Part shown: positions 42,280-56,185 of the stretch, in pieces
Position numbering within the stretch: the first letter of the stretch is position 1
Layout: each line of letters starts with the position of its first letter
DNA from: the human T2T-CHM13v2.0 reference genome, Homo sapiens
Assembly (NCBI RefSeq): GCF_009914755.1
Contig: NC_060926.1
DNA length: 64,000 nt
Reading direction: 5' to 3' (one strand)
Notes under the pieces: generated by a model
The model's input: only the letters and a program-made list of their open reading frames with translations
The model's database searches: none
Told to the model about the DNA's origin: nothing
Position numbers and translations under genes: made by a program

Positions 42280-42916
42280 TAGCTCCCCTGGAAGCGTGAG
42301 CAACCAATAATGGGATGATTGCTCACATGGGTTCCCGCAGCCCCACCCCTGCCCTGACATCTGCTGATCCGACAACTCCAAGTGGCTTGGCTTCAACCAG
42401 GAACAAATGGCTGCTGCTTACAGGCCAACTGGCACTCACCTGGTATCAGGCTGATTTCTAGGCCTGGAAACCACTCAGCCCCAACTCAAGAGGGGCGCTC
42501 TGCAGAGACCAGCTTGTTTGAATGCTTGAGAACCACAAGACCTCTGTGTGGTTCCCATTCTTCTACTCTGCTTTCTGGCCCCTGCCCAAGTTGCCCAGTT
42601 TTCATTTCCTGGTTACGGAGTCATTCACACTCACATAAACACACACACTCCTTGATTTCAGATCTCAGGGACATGGGGGTGAGACGGAATCTTGAAGCAG
42701 CCATTTCTAGCAGTAAATCTGGTAGTTGCACATGCAGGCATTACTATTACTGTAACACTTTCTGGGTTGAATCTGAGCTCCCTTGGCAAGTTAATCTCTT
42801 TGTTACCTAATTATTATCTTTTCTGAAAAAATGGAAATAATGAGTACCTCTGTGAGTTTACTTGTTGCTGATAAGTAAAATGCCTGGCACACAGCAAGTG
42901 CTCAATAAACATGAGC

Positions 42917-43876
42917 TACACACATACACACATACATGCACTCACACACACACATACACCTCAAACATGGGTATGCAACTCACACATATTCTCTCACACA
43001 CACCTTCTCATACATGCATATGTGCACTCACATGTACACACCGTGCACTCACACACTCACATACACCTTTTATATGTGCATATAAACACACGCACATACT
43101 CTCTCACACATAATCCCGCAATACACCTCACACACACCTGTGCACTCACACATACTCTCTCACACTCACCTGTACATTCTCATACAGGCATATGTACACT
43201 CACAGTACTCTCGCACACATTCTCACAATACACATTCTCCAACACATTCTTATACTCACACTCGCATACTCTGACATAGACATGCACACATAGACTCACT
43301 TTCATATACCACACCCCCGCTCACACATCTCACACTCTCATGCCCACATAGCTACACTCATGCTCATGCCCTCACACACTCGAGCACGCATTTGTCACAC
43401 GCTCACTCTCACACCCACACACCCACATAGACGCCTCATACTCATGGCCACACACACTCGCACACACATTTGTCACACACTCCCTGATACTTATCCACAT
43501 AGATATACTCGCACTCATACTCTCACACACTCATACACAGACACATTTGTCATACACTCACACCCACTAGACACACTCGCACTCACACTCTCACACACGC
43601 TCATTTGTCACACACTCACACTCTCACACTCACACTCACACACAGCAAGTGCTCCACATGGACACACACTCATACCCTCACACACACTCATTTGTCACAC
43701 ACTCTCTCACACTCTCCCACAGACACACTCACACTCACATGCCCACAAAGACACACTCACACTTATGCCCTCACACACATGCATTTCTCACACACTCACT
43801 CTCTCACATTCACCCACATAGACACCCTCACACTCATGCTCACACACACTCACGCACGTCTGTCACACACTCACAC
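42917..43876. repeat. ~960 bp degenerate (CA)n/(CACT)n tract with higher-order unit
   Basis: CA-rich throughout; recurring catttgtcacacactc and cccacatagac motifs. Confidence 0.92.
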
Positions 43877-44689
43877 AGTGTCTGACACATGCCTTCTGTG
43901 GAGTCAGAGTGAAATGGGCCTTCGCTCGGAGTGGCTGGCGGTGGCAGGAGCTCAGGAGACAGGAGCAGGAGGGATTTGACATTCACGGGGCCTCATCTGT
44001 GCTTGTTTTGGGGAGGTGCCAGGCAAACCAGACTCCACCCCAGTGTCTTTGGAGCGAGGCAGCCATGGGCAAAACCAAGCCTGCTGTAAAGCCCCAATGT
44101 AGAGTTCAGGCAAAATGTGGTGAAAAGGGAGGAGGCAGTTTTGGCGAAATCTTCCCGGGAGACCACGCAGCAATACCAGTGACAGAAATGAACAGCTATG
44201 TGCCAGGGACGGCACTGTGCGCATGTAACACATCTCAACCAATCTGCTCAACGACCAGCAGGCATCGTACGACCCCGTGTTGCAGACGAAGAAACTGAGG
44301 CGCAAGGAGGTTCCTCGGCTTGTATGCCTGGGTGTCATGTATGAGCCAGGCCGTCTAGGTGAGTATGGCAGGCAGCTCCCTGTGCCCCCGTCACACAGAG
44401 GGTGTGTGTGTGAGCTGAACCTGAATACAGTGTGTGGGGTGGTGACATGGGGGGCACGGGAGGTGGACAAAAGGCAGACGAGTGGGACAGCGTGTGGCAT
44501 GGCCCTGAAAAGGGAGGCAGCCCGGGTCAGTAAGGGTCAGATCTGGGAGCCACCTCAATGCTTGCAGAAGGAGTTTGGCTTTTGTTTTGTCCCGTGAACT
44601 TTGGGAGGAGCTGAAGCCTAGAGCAGAAGGATGATTTGAATTTTAGGAAGATGATGGGGTGGATGGAAAAGGTTAAAGAGCAGAGGAGC

Positions 44690-45440
44690 GACGCTCTGGT
44701 GTGGGCAGCCCTAGAGGTGATGGGGTTTCAGTAAATCATGGCGGGGAGTTCAGGCCACCGCCGGAGTCCAGTGGGTAGGGCTCTCTACGGCCGGAGGTGG
44801 CTGTGGGGGAGACGGGCGGGAGGCCCAGACCGGCAGGGAGCTTTCTGCAGGGAAGCTGGAAGGATGGTGGGGCCGGTAACCCAACATGGGGCCCAGGAGC
44901 GGGAGACATGGCCGGAGGGGCGGCGAGGAACGCACCGGGGTGGGCTAGTTTGGAAGGGAGCTCGGGGAACAGGCAGGGGACTCTCAGCCACGGGAGGCTC
45001 TGTCACCCTGGGGCTCGCCAGGGCAGGCACGTGGGTCAGTGCCCTGAGAATGCCCTCGTGGGAGGCCAGGAGAGCTGCCAGTGCTGGACGCCAGAGCGGT
45101 CAGCCAGAATATTCCACTGGAAGAGAACGGCCAGTGTGTGTGCGGAGACGGCCCCTGGGCGCCACCTCCCTGCTTGGGCATCTCTTGCGCCGTGGAGAAG
45201 GGTTCAGGGTATGCTCTGTTCAGCTGACGGCTTCCCCAGAGCCACCAAGGTCTGAGCTCCTGCCTCCGATCTGGGATCTCCCCACATCTTCGCTGACTCT
45301 GGAAGGAACTAGGGGCCTGTGGGGAAGTCCCGCCCTCTGGGGAGAACAACTGAGGCTGAGCCAGAGCTGAGAACCACTGTGATGGGGAAGCAAGGCAGCT
45401 GGAGCCCGTCCTAAACCCGAACGGAAATGAACTAGACATC
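44690..45440. promoter_or_regulatory. GC- and CpG-enriched island-like segment (candidate regulatory element)
   Basis: About 30 CpGs by hand count in 44701-45240, far above the flanks; GC boxes (gggcggg, ggggcgg) and E-box CACGTG at ~45028. Confidence 0.45.
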
Positions 45441-45489
45441 GATCAGGTGTCTCCTCTCTGCCAAGCACTGGGCTCAGCCCCAGGTGTAC

Positions 45490-46345
<856 letters not shown>

Positions 46346-46348
46346 ATT

Positions 46349-46660
46349 GGCAGGGCGCAGTGACTCACGCCTGTAATCCCAGCACTTTGGGAGGTCGAGG
46401 CGGGCAGATCACTTGAGCCTAGGAGTTTGAGACCAGCTTAAGCAATGTGGTGAAACTCCTGACTAATTTTTGCACAAAAAATACAATAATTAGCCAGGCA
46501 TGGTGGTGTGCACCTTTATAGTCCCAGGTACTTGGGAGGCTGGGGTGGGAGGATTGCTTGAGCCTGAGGAGTTTGAGGCTGCAGTGAGCCACGACCACAC
46601 CACTGCACTCCAGAGCCTGGATGACAGAGACTGCCCCTGTCTCAAATATATATATATAAA
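46349..46660 (+). mobile_element. AluJ
   Basis: Dimeric Alu with (TA)-converted tail. Confidence 0.9.
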
Positions 46661-46913
46661 AGTCCCTGCCCTCAAGGGCTTAATAGAGAGCCTCATGCGA
46701 AACACACATCATGGCACAGATGTAATGAGACAGCAATTGTGGAGCCAGAGGATTGGTTCTTCCTGGAAGGGTCATGGAGCACTGCACGGTACTTTTGACA
46801 CTGGGTCTGAATAGTGAACAGGGCTTTCTCGGCAGACAGGAACAGTGGATAGGGAGGGGTACAGGGTAGGGAGGGCATTCTTGCCAAAGGACACCACAAA
46901 AAAAAAGTCATGT

Positions 46914-47255
<342 letters not shown>

Positions 47256-47290
47256 TTACCTTGTGGCTCATGTGAGTTGCTACCATCTTC

Positions 47291-47492
47291 CAGCAGCACT
47301 GCCCAATGAAACTGTCTGTGGTGATGGACATGCCTATATCTGCACTGTCCAATATGGTAGCCAACAGCCGCGTGTGGCTACTGAGCACCTAAAATGTGGC
47401 TCATGTGGCTGAGGAGCTGAATTTTCACTGAAATCGATATTTAAGTTTTAATAGCCACATGTGACTAGCAGTTACTGTATGGGACAGCACAG
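47291..47492. mobile_element. MER3-like hAT-Charlie
   Basis: gcactgcccaat..atctgcactgtccaatatggtagcc..gtggctactgagcac...gggacagcacag. Confidence 0.8.
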
Positions 47493-47591
47493 CTCTGGGC
47501 AACAAGGAGCTGCTTAGATGGGAAACAGGGCCAGTACAGGTGTGTGGTTGTTGTAATGAAAAACATAGAACTAGTAACTATCTTTGTACAA

Positions 47592-48016
47592 TGTATTTGT
47601 TTCTTGGAGCTACTATAATAAAGTACCACCAACTGGTTGTCTTAAACAACAGAAATTTATTTCCTCCTAGTTCTGGAGGCTGGAAGTCCAAGATCAAGGT
47701 GTCAGCAGAGTTGTTTCCTTCCAAGTGCTGAGACGGATTCTGCTGTCTGCCTCTCTCTTAGCTTCATGTATCCTCAGCCATGCTTTGGCTTGTAGATAGA
47801 ATTCTCCCCGTGTCTTCACACTGTCTTCCCTCTGTGTGTCTCTGTGTCCAAATGTCTCCTTTTTAACATGGATCATATTGGGTTAGGATCCACTCTAATA
47901 ACCTCAACTTAACTTTATTATCTGCAGAGGCTTTATTTCTAAATTATGCCACCTTCACAGGTACTGGGGGTTAGGACTTCAGTGTCTTTTGGGGGAATAC
48001 GGTTCAATCCATAGCA
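47592..48016 (-). mobile_element. MLT1A-C type LTR
   Basis: cttaaacaacagaaatttatttcc..agttctggaggctggaagtccaagatcaaggtgtcagcag. Confidence 0.88.
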
Positions 48017-48740
48017 TGTGGTATGAGGTCATTCATACAGAATATAGTGTAAAAGCTTCCATAATTGGCATATTTTTTCAGAATACCCTTCTATCACAAT
48101 AACTTACATGTACATCTCTCTGCACCATCATGTCTGAGAAGTCCTTTGTTCCTCACAATTACTCAGAGTTGAGCAGAGGTCACCTGCCCACTTTTCAGAT
48201 GAGCTGGGGTTCTGGAAGACTACATGACTTGCTAGAGTTACATGATGATTAAGTGACAGAAACAGGGTCTTCATCTAGTTTCCTCTACAAGCTGTTCATG
48301 GTTACTGTCTGGGGCTCTCATCTGTCTTCTGAGTCATTACGGTGAAATGTTCACTATAGTTTTCTTTGAACACTGGTCCCTACATATGGGGCTCCGCTTG
48401 TCCCCACAATCAGACAGAAGAATGGGGGAGTGGGGTGAGACTGTGGCTGGGGTAACAGAAGGAATATTGGACTCCTCTCTTGGCTCCATCAAATGGCAAA
48501 ATCCAGCTGTGGACTTTGGGCCAGTCACCTTCCACCTTCAGGATTGAGTATTGTCACCCATGGAATAAGGAGGCTGGAGGAGGGGACACTGTTGTCCTTT
48601 CCATCTCACTTTGGGGAACTGAGACTCAGTGGGAACCAGGCTCTGGAATCAGACCGGTGCTGAAGAGGCTGATCCTAGGCGAAGGTGTTTGAGCAACTTC
48701 AGCCTTTTTTTCCAGAGGCCTTGCAGGGGAAGCAGATTCA

Positions 48741-49085
<345 letters not shown>

Positions 49086-49260
49086 AGAAAATGCAGCTTC
49101 AATATAGTTTAGCCTTATCCTCACAGGAGACTCAAATGGAGCTGTCATTCTGTCTAGATGAGGGAACTGGGCAGGGGAAAGGCAGGCTTCTGGTGGCACA
49201 GGGACTGAGGAGTCCTCACCAAGGGACAGATGTGAAAGTTCTGGAAATTTTGAAGCTAAA

Positions 49261-49319
49261 GGAAGTATAGGCAGTATATGGAAAAATGGAAGTATAGGCA
49301 GTATATGGAAAAATGGAAG
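49261..49319. repeat. Perfect 27-bp tandem duplication
   Basis: ggaagtataggcagtatatggaaaaat twice, then ggaag. Confidence 0.95.
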
Positions 49320-49934
49320 CAATGTAATTTTTAAGCATCTTATTTTTTTTTCAATTTTTAAACTTAAAATAGGAAACATCTCCCAGCTCTAAATGCTCTT
49401 AAAACAATTACATTTGTTATATTTTGAGATGAGAAGTCTTCCTGAAAACAACAGAAGAATTTGTCGGCAAAACCCACTGTTTTTAAATATTGGCATCCTC
49501 ATTTGTAGTGCTAATGAGCATTTCTGTTTCTTCATTCCCTGTAGGGGCTTCATATCTTGACATTGTTATATACTATCCTCAGCTAGCAAGGGGCATGAAG
49601 GGCAAGTCCAGGACGAGCCTGGGTTTGCTCAGCATGGGGTCTTGGCAGTATCAAGCACAAGAGTCCCTCCCTGGGCTTTGAGTCCCCAAAGAATGGGAAA
49701 TTCTGTGTCCCATTTCACCTCACCCTGCTGCATTTTCTTCTGTTAACTCTCCTGTCCTTGTACAAAGGAATCACAGCTCATCACTCATGATCAAGCCAGT
49801 TCTATACTCAAGGCTTGGTGAAATGGGAAATTTAAAGATCCTCAAGGTAGATAGATAAAGTCCTTAAAGGAGATGGTAGATACGGGCTGGGGCTTTGTAT
49901 TGCATTCGTCCTGTACCCACCTGTACATTGCACT

Positions 49935-50115
49935 TGGGTTGCCAGATAAAATACGAGATGCCTAGTCAAATTCGAATTTCAGATGCACAATGAAAAACTT
50001 TAGTATAAGTATGTCTCAAATATTGCATGAGGGCATTCTTATACGTATTTATTGTTTACCTGAAATTCAAATTTAACAGAGTATACTGTATGTTTGGTAA
50101 ATCTTACAAACCCTA
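49935..50115. mobile_element. MER53 palindromic hAT MITE
   Basis: gggttgccagataaaatac...aaattcgaatttcagat versus ctgaaattcaaatttaac...aaccct (long imperfect inverted arms). Confidence 0.82.
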
Positions 50116-50134
50116 ATGGCCCACTTTTTACATC

Positions 50135-50672
50135 ATTGCTGTGATAACCAGCTTGGAGCCCCTGACAGTCAGTGTCTAAGCTGTGTCTTGTATCTCTTGT
50201 TTTGCCCTGGCGCTTCTCTGATATTACTGTGTGGAAATTCTGGACACTGGCATAATTGCAAACTGGGAGGGATTTAACAACCATGGTACAACCCCTCATC
50301 AATGGAGAAGGGAAGTAGGCGGACAAACATTTCTCTTTTCATCTTTCCAGTGGACAATTATAAGGTGCATTCCATATGGCTCTGTAGAGGATACCAGTGG
50401 GATTGAGCTCAATTTCCTACAGTGGTGACTAGTTCATAATGCATTCTTATGTTAGACTCCTTCCCTCCCTCCATCCTCCTTCTCTTCTTCCCTCCCTCAA
50501 GCTCTCCTCCCTTCCTGTCTTCCTCATGCTCTGTCTCTGCTTCCCTCCCTTCTTTCCTTTCTTCCTTCTTTCCTGCTCTTTCCCCACTTCTATTTCCTGG
50601 AGTCGCTTCAAAAAAGCTGTACTCAAGCCCTTGTCTCAAGCTTGGCTTTCTGGGGGGAAACTCAAGGTTAAG
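50135..50672 (+). mobile_element. LTR16-family (ERV-L) LTR
   Basis: gggagggatttaac...caatggagaaggg..tggacaatt...cagtgggattgagctc...caagcccttgtctcaagcttggctttctgggggg. Confidence 0.6.
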
Positions 50673-51449
50673 AGAGGCTTGGAAGCTCCACTGGGGCTTC
50701 TGTTAGAAGGAGAAACTAGATCTCAGAGCTGCATAGAATTTTAGCAAATTTGGGCTGGAAGAACCCTGAGAGATTATGTAGCACACCCATACATTTAGCA
50801 GATCTGGGACAGGCCAGAGACTTTCCTAAGACCATCTTCCAACCCTTCTAGCCCATGGATAATCTGAAATTTCTGCTTCTTGTAAAGTGAACGAATCTAT
50901 AGAAAAGCACAGTGCTTAACACACAGCAGGTGCATGGTAAATGTCAGGATAAAATAATACAGGGAGAGGAATGGATAAAGGTCAGCTGTGATATGGTGCA
51001 AAATATTTCCATATGTCTCTGTGGCAAGTCTCTGCCTTCAGGCTTATGGCTCTCTCCACTTGGTGTTGCTCTTGTGGGTTCTGATGTGCACAGATCATTC
51101 AAGGGAATTCTAGACATGTACAGACCATCCAAGAAAGGCAGATCTTTGGGAAAAGGGACCCAATGAAAACTCTTAGTGGAAACACTTGTTCTTCAATTTT
51201 GACACCAGAGACAGGGATTTTGGACAAAGGCAGCATTGCTTCTAGGGAATTGCTTTGAGTCTCCTTGGATCAACCCAACTCAAATAATTTAGTTCAATTT
51301 CACAGATTTTTGTGTCTGGAACTTCTTAAGTCTGAAGAGTTCTTAACAAGGTTTGTAATTTGGTTCATGCTTGCAGAAGACCATGGTCCTGTAGATCACA
51401 AAGATAAGTCTCCTGAGAAGGGAGGCATGGACCTAATTCATGACACCAG

Positions 51450-52339
51450 ACACTTGAAATGAGGACCCTATAACCTTTAAGAAAGCACCTGCACTAGGGA
51501 GAACAGAAGAAATGAATGATGCGAGAGAAGGAAGAAAGGCCAAACATGGTAAATGCTTTCTCTGTGATGAGAGTTTAATCCTCAGAACAATCTCTCCTAC
51601 TCTCTGCTCACAATAGTGAGGAAATCACGCTAATTGGATCTGGTAGGCAGAAGTGGCCCTATTAAGACACATGCATGCCAGAAAGTGGGAGATAAGCTCC
51701 ACAAAGATCCAAAGATCTACTACTTCAAATGGGTTTTCAGGGGTCCACTGCTTTAGAGCACACCGAAACACACCTCTGAGATGAATGACAAGTTGTTGTA
51801 CTTTGGATCCACTACCATTTCCTTACTACTAGGTCATTTTAGGCCCCACGTGCCAATGGACTAGCAGGCAAAGAAAGGAGTTATGCTACTTGGGGTAGGG
51901 GGTGGGGGTAATTGACCTAGACTGATACGAGGAACCATGGTGGCTTCCATACAAGGAACGGCAGAGAGGAGTCTATTGGAGCTCATGGGGTGCATTGGGC
52001 ATCCTTGCCCAGTGATATTGGTGAATAAGCAATTTCACCACACTAAAAAGGTCAAGGCAACAAAGAGCCTGTGATGCCCCACCTGGAAAGCAACCCAGAC
52101 AAACCAAAGTGCTGACTGAGAGGAGGGGAACCCAGAAAGGGTGGTGGAGGAAGGAGATGATGAATATTAATTATGGCTTCTGGACAGATGCAGATGTAGG
52201 GACTCCAGCTGGTTCCACTAATTCTCTTGCATTAAGTCTTTGTGGAGATTGTGGCCAGTCACCACTCTAGGGGTCTCTGTGTAGATGGGGCTTGTAGGAT
52301 GAAGGATGTGAGTGGATCTGAGTAGTAGAAGAGGTAGAC
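51450..52339 (+). mobile_element. ERV-L (HERV16/ERV3-16A3-like) internal remnant: RT piece, dUTPase piece, PPT
   Basis: From 51659: LLRHMHARKWEISSTKIQRSTTS..FSGVH (cf. ERV-L [31 protein letters not shown]). From 51832: GHFRPHVPMD*QAKKGVMLLGV (cf. ERV-L dUTPase GHFGLL..QQAKKGVTVLAGVID). PPT-like agaagaggtagac at 52327-52339. Confidence 0.8.
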
Positions 52340-52900
52340 TATATCAGTCATTTTTCGGGCATCATTTTATACCTTCTTGGGCTCACCCCTTCCAGCCTCT
52401 GCTGCACTGACCACTTCCACAGAGGTTTTGACCCACTTTACAAAGATGTAACCTACAATTGCCTCACCTCACACTGGTATAGAGTGCCTCATGTGATCTG
52501 TTCTGGGTTTTTCTGACGGCACAGTATGGAATACCTGTGGGAAACCACTAGGCTCTCCCCCATATGCCACCTGGAAGTGCAGAGCAGTTAATACTCCAGA
52601 GGGGGGCAATGCTTGGCCAATGGGGCATGGGAGCTGATGGATAAATGCACCTCTCTTTTCTTGCTTCAGATGGACAAAAAGATAGAATTCATAAGATTTT
52701 TCAGGTGGATGCAGGTGCAAGCAGCATGCAGTTCTCTTAACAATGACCAATTTGATAACATATTCTAATATTGGTTCCCCCTTCATTACTGTTTCAATTC
52801 CCTTGTCCCTCACACCTGCTCCATGACATCACTTTCCTGAATAAACCACCCACCCACAAGACGTCTGATGCTCTGATTTCTCAGAGCAACCCAGGCTAAG
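52340..52900 (+). mobile_element. LTR16-family 3' LTR
   Basis: Follows the PPT; acctggaagtgc..gttaatac...ggccaatgggg..gggagctgatggataaatgc; aataaa at ~52840. Confidence 0.72.
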
Positions 52901-53009
52901 GTGGTTTGATACCATCCCCAGCTTTTGCCACTTTGGAGCTGTGTGATTTTAGGTCAATTACTTAATCTCTTTAAGTCTTACTTGTTTTTTTCACCCTTTG
53001 GCAGGAGAG

Positions 53010-53585
53010 ATATGCTACCTGAAGCACTTGGGATCCTGGTATCAGAATAAACTGGGGCTCTTTTAGAAAATAAGAGAGAGAAGAATAGTTATGGGTGTGT
53101 GGACCAGTCAAGGTAAAGGGGGCAGGAAAGAGACGGTACACTCAAAAGGAATGTTGACAAGAGTTTAACAAAGGAACTATAAAGTGTGGATGGAGTTGAG
53201 GGAAAACAACAGCGGGTAGCAAAGCACTTAGTGATTAGCAACTAGCAACAGTGACTAGCTGCTATCCTTGCTAGATCTAACATCATCAGGTAGCACAAGA
53301 GACAGCTTCCTGGTTGGGGTTAGGATTTTTGGCAGAGGACTCAGTCACCAGCAAGCTGAAGACCTGCAAGGAGGGAGTCAGGGAAAGAAATAGCTCAACC
53401 CCTCTATCTCCTACTTTCTATCTCCCACTGGTACCTTCCAGTGGCTGAATCCAACCAGAAGCCAGAGGGCAAGGAAGCCTGACTAGTGCAGTCCATCTAG
53501 GTCAGCCTCCTGGGACACAGAGCAGGAGAGAGGAAGAGGGCAGGGGATAACAGACCTGGAGGGTGAATGGAGAATATCTAGTGTA
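53010..53585 (-). mobile_element. Old ERV-L-type LTR (LTR33/41-like)
   Basis: ggctgaatccaaccagaagccagagggcaaggaagcc..gtcagcctcctgggacacagagcagg; similar text at ~32780-32900. Confidence 0.5.
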
Positions 53586-55000
53586 GTGGAACATGAGTGT
53601 CTGTCCCGGTAACTTCATTTAAAATACACAACTACAGTAACACATACAACTGGCATGAACAAATTGGGGAACACATGACCTTTGATAAGCAAATAACTCG
53701 ATTAGAGAGAACAGAAGTGCATAGGGCATGAGAGAGTCAGTGGCCCAGTGCTGTGAGCAAGGAGTGTGCCAGGAGCTTCTCGGGTGTGTTTCTTAGTGGA
53801 AATTGATGGTACTGGTTGAATCTGTGAGGCAGTTAGAGGAGGTGGGTTAAGAGAGATTTTCTATCTTACCTCCCTTCTTTCCTGGAATGGGTAAGAACAG
53901 AAGAGATTCTGTTAAACACAAATTCGTATCGTTTATGAAGTACTTCCTCCATACCTATCACTGAAAACTAGATGTGTAAGGAGAAAAACAGGAAGTACCT
54001 CAAACCTCTTGGATTTTACATTCAAGGTGGGGAGATATTTCCATAGATGACACAGAATAATAAAAAGTAGAAAGAATTGAAATGTGAAAGTGTGGGATCC
54101 AGATGAATCGTAAGGAATTTGGCCAAGCCAAGAAGCATCACCTCCAAGTCTGTGGTTTCTACAGGGTGCTCCAGGGGCTCCCACCTGGGTGGGACTAGTT
54201 CGCATGAATTTGGAGACAAGGGTGTGTCTAATCGAAATTGGGCAACGGAACTAAAGAGAACGTATCATATTTGGCCTTCTAATTTCTTCTTTTTGGGTGG
54301 GGTCCTTTTGGATCTCCCTGTCTTAACTGAGTTTTGCAGGCTCACACAGGGCTTCCCAGGGCCCAGACTGATGACGGATGATAGGCTGAACAGACACTTG
54401 GGAATGTCTTGCTCTTTGCAGATACTGCGTGTGTCCTGGGCGGAGGAGGAGAGCCATATGCAAGCCTGTGTGAGTGGCGTTCCTTTCCAGGAGTGGGGGT
54501 GTGGGGTGGGCAGGATGATGGATAAGAGGTGTGGTGTCCTCACTCTCTCTGCTCTCTCCACATACCCAAGGGGAAGAGGAAGTGTTAGACTCATCTGTTC
54601 TCCCTCATGGGGTAGCTCAGGGTTTCACAAAGTGTGTTCTGTGAGGCATAAAGGATCAAGAAGTGATAAAAAAAAATTCCATGAAAAAATCATTATTTTG
54701 ATAAATAAATTAAGGAAAGACTAGATTAAACAAAGTTAAATGGTTCCTCACTGCAGGGTCTCTCTGAGTCTTTAGTTTGATGCTGTGTATTACGCACTCA
54801 CTTGAGGGGCTATGGCATGAAGAAATTTTCAAACTTATTGGACCTAAAAACCCATTTTTTATGAACAACCAAGAATATGTCTTAGAACACTAGGATTCCC
54901 AGGAATCATTTTGTAAACTGTTAATATGTGGGGGATTTGCCTTTCAAAGAGGACTCCCCACAAGAAGGGAGTAATGTTTACTGCTACAGGATTTATGCCA

Positions 55001-55357
55001 TGCTATGGTTTCAATGTTTGTGTCCCCCCAGTTTCTATGTTGAAATCCTAATCCTCAAAGTGATGGTATTAGAAGGTGGGGCCTTTGGGAGGTGATTAAG
55101 TCATGGGTCTGGAGCTCTCATGAATATTAGTGCCTTTATAAAAGAGGCCACAGAGAGCTAGCTAGCCCCTTCCACCATGTGAAGATACATGAGAAGGGGC
55201 TATATATGAGCCAGAAAGAGGCTCTCACTAGACACCAAACCTGCGGGTGCCATGATCTTGGGTTTCCCAGACTCTAGAACTATAAAGAAATCAATTTCTG
55301 TTTGTAAGCCACCCAGACTAAGACATTTTGTTATAGCAGCCTCAATGGACTGAGACA
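55001..55357 (+). mobile_element. MST/MLT1A-type solo LTR
   Basis: tgctatggttt...aatggactgagaca (TG..CA ends); 5-bp TSD tgcca/tgcta. Confidence 0.9.
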
Positions 55358-56095
55358 TGCTACCATACAGAATTTCAGTTATCAGTGGGCAGTTGGGGGA
55401 ATTCTTCCAACAGCCTCAGAATGTCCGCTTTTCCCCATTGGGCTTAAGAGGGAAGTTGAGAGAGGGCTTCCGGTAAGAGGCAGTTAGTAGGGTTAGTTCC
55501 TGCTGATCAACAGAGCAAAATAAACAAGAGGCAGGGGATTTGGGAACTTCTTTCACAAAGGGCTGAAAGAACAAACACATGGAGGAAAAACATGAAACTT
55601 CCAAGGTGGTGACACATGGGTGATTCTGAGGGGAGGTCCCCCTTCCTTAAAAAGGCTTCCACTTCCCAAGCCACAGACCAGCAATGCATATTTTATAATT
55701 TTTTCCCATAAGGAGCAGGAAAGAAACTGAAGAGACAGGAATCTGTTTCATCCTGAATGTAACTTTTTACTAGGGTTTCTAGTTCACAGAGTTGTCTGGC
55801 AACTGTAGCTCAGGTCTGGGAGGGAGGAAACCCCCTGCCATATTTGAAATGCTGAAGCATTTTTCTCAGGGCTACCGTGCAATCATCACAAAAAATGGAC
55901 AAGACAACTGGCTGTGGCCTAACATGGGAAGAGGTGGAGATCACAGAAACCCCAAGGCTGGGCCACTGGAGTAAATGTATCAAGTTGAACCACAAAAAGT
56001 TGCCATTTTTTAAACATCGGAAATTGTTAAACACTGGTAATTTCATATGGTCCAACCTATAGCTGGCAAAACATTTATGGGAGCATCAGAAGGGA

Positions 56096-56097
<2 letters not shown>

Positions 56098-56183
<86 letters not shown>
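56098..56183. repeat. Compound microsatellite (TA)~21(GA)~21
   Basis: Two perfect, adjacent dinucleotide runs. Confidence 0.97.

Positions 56184-56185
<2 letters not shown>

Noticed and set aside
42862-43979. His/Thr-rich ORFs, and a superficial CRISPR-like repeat-spacer look
   Set aside because: The ORFs translate CA repeats. The intervening segments are themselves CA-repetitive and mutually similar, the DNA is eukaryotic and there are no cas genes.
44738-45370. 210-aa ATG-initiated ORF in the GC-rich island
   Set aside because: Arg/Gly-rich with no recognisable domain; several frames are open because GC-rich DNA has few stops. Ribo-seq or PhyloCSF support would be needed.
49935-50115. Long hairpin as a novel ncRNA or pre-miRNA
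   Set aside because: Explained by the palindromic MER53 MITE; the sequence alone gives no evidence of expression.
54119-54724. 201-aa ORF
   Set aside because: Non-ATG start, no homology I can recognise, and it ends in a hAT-like relic.
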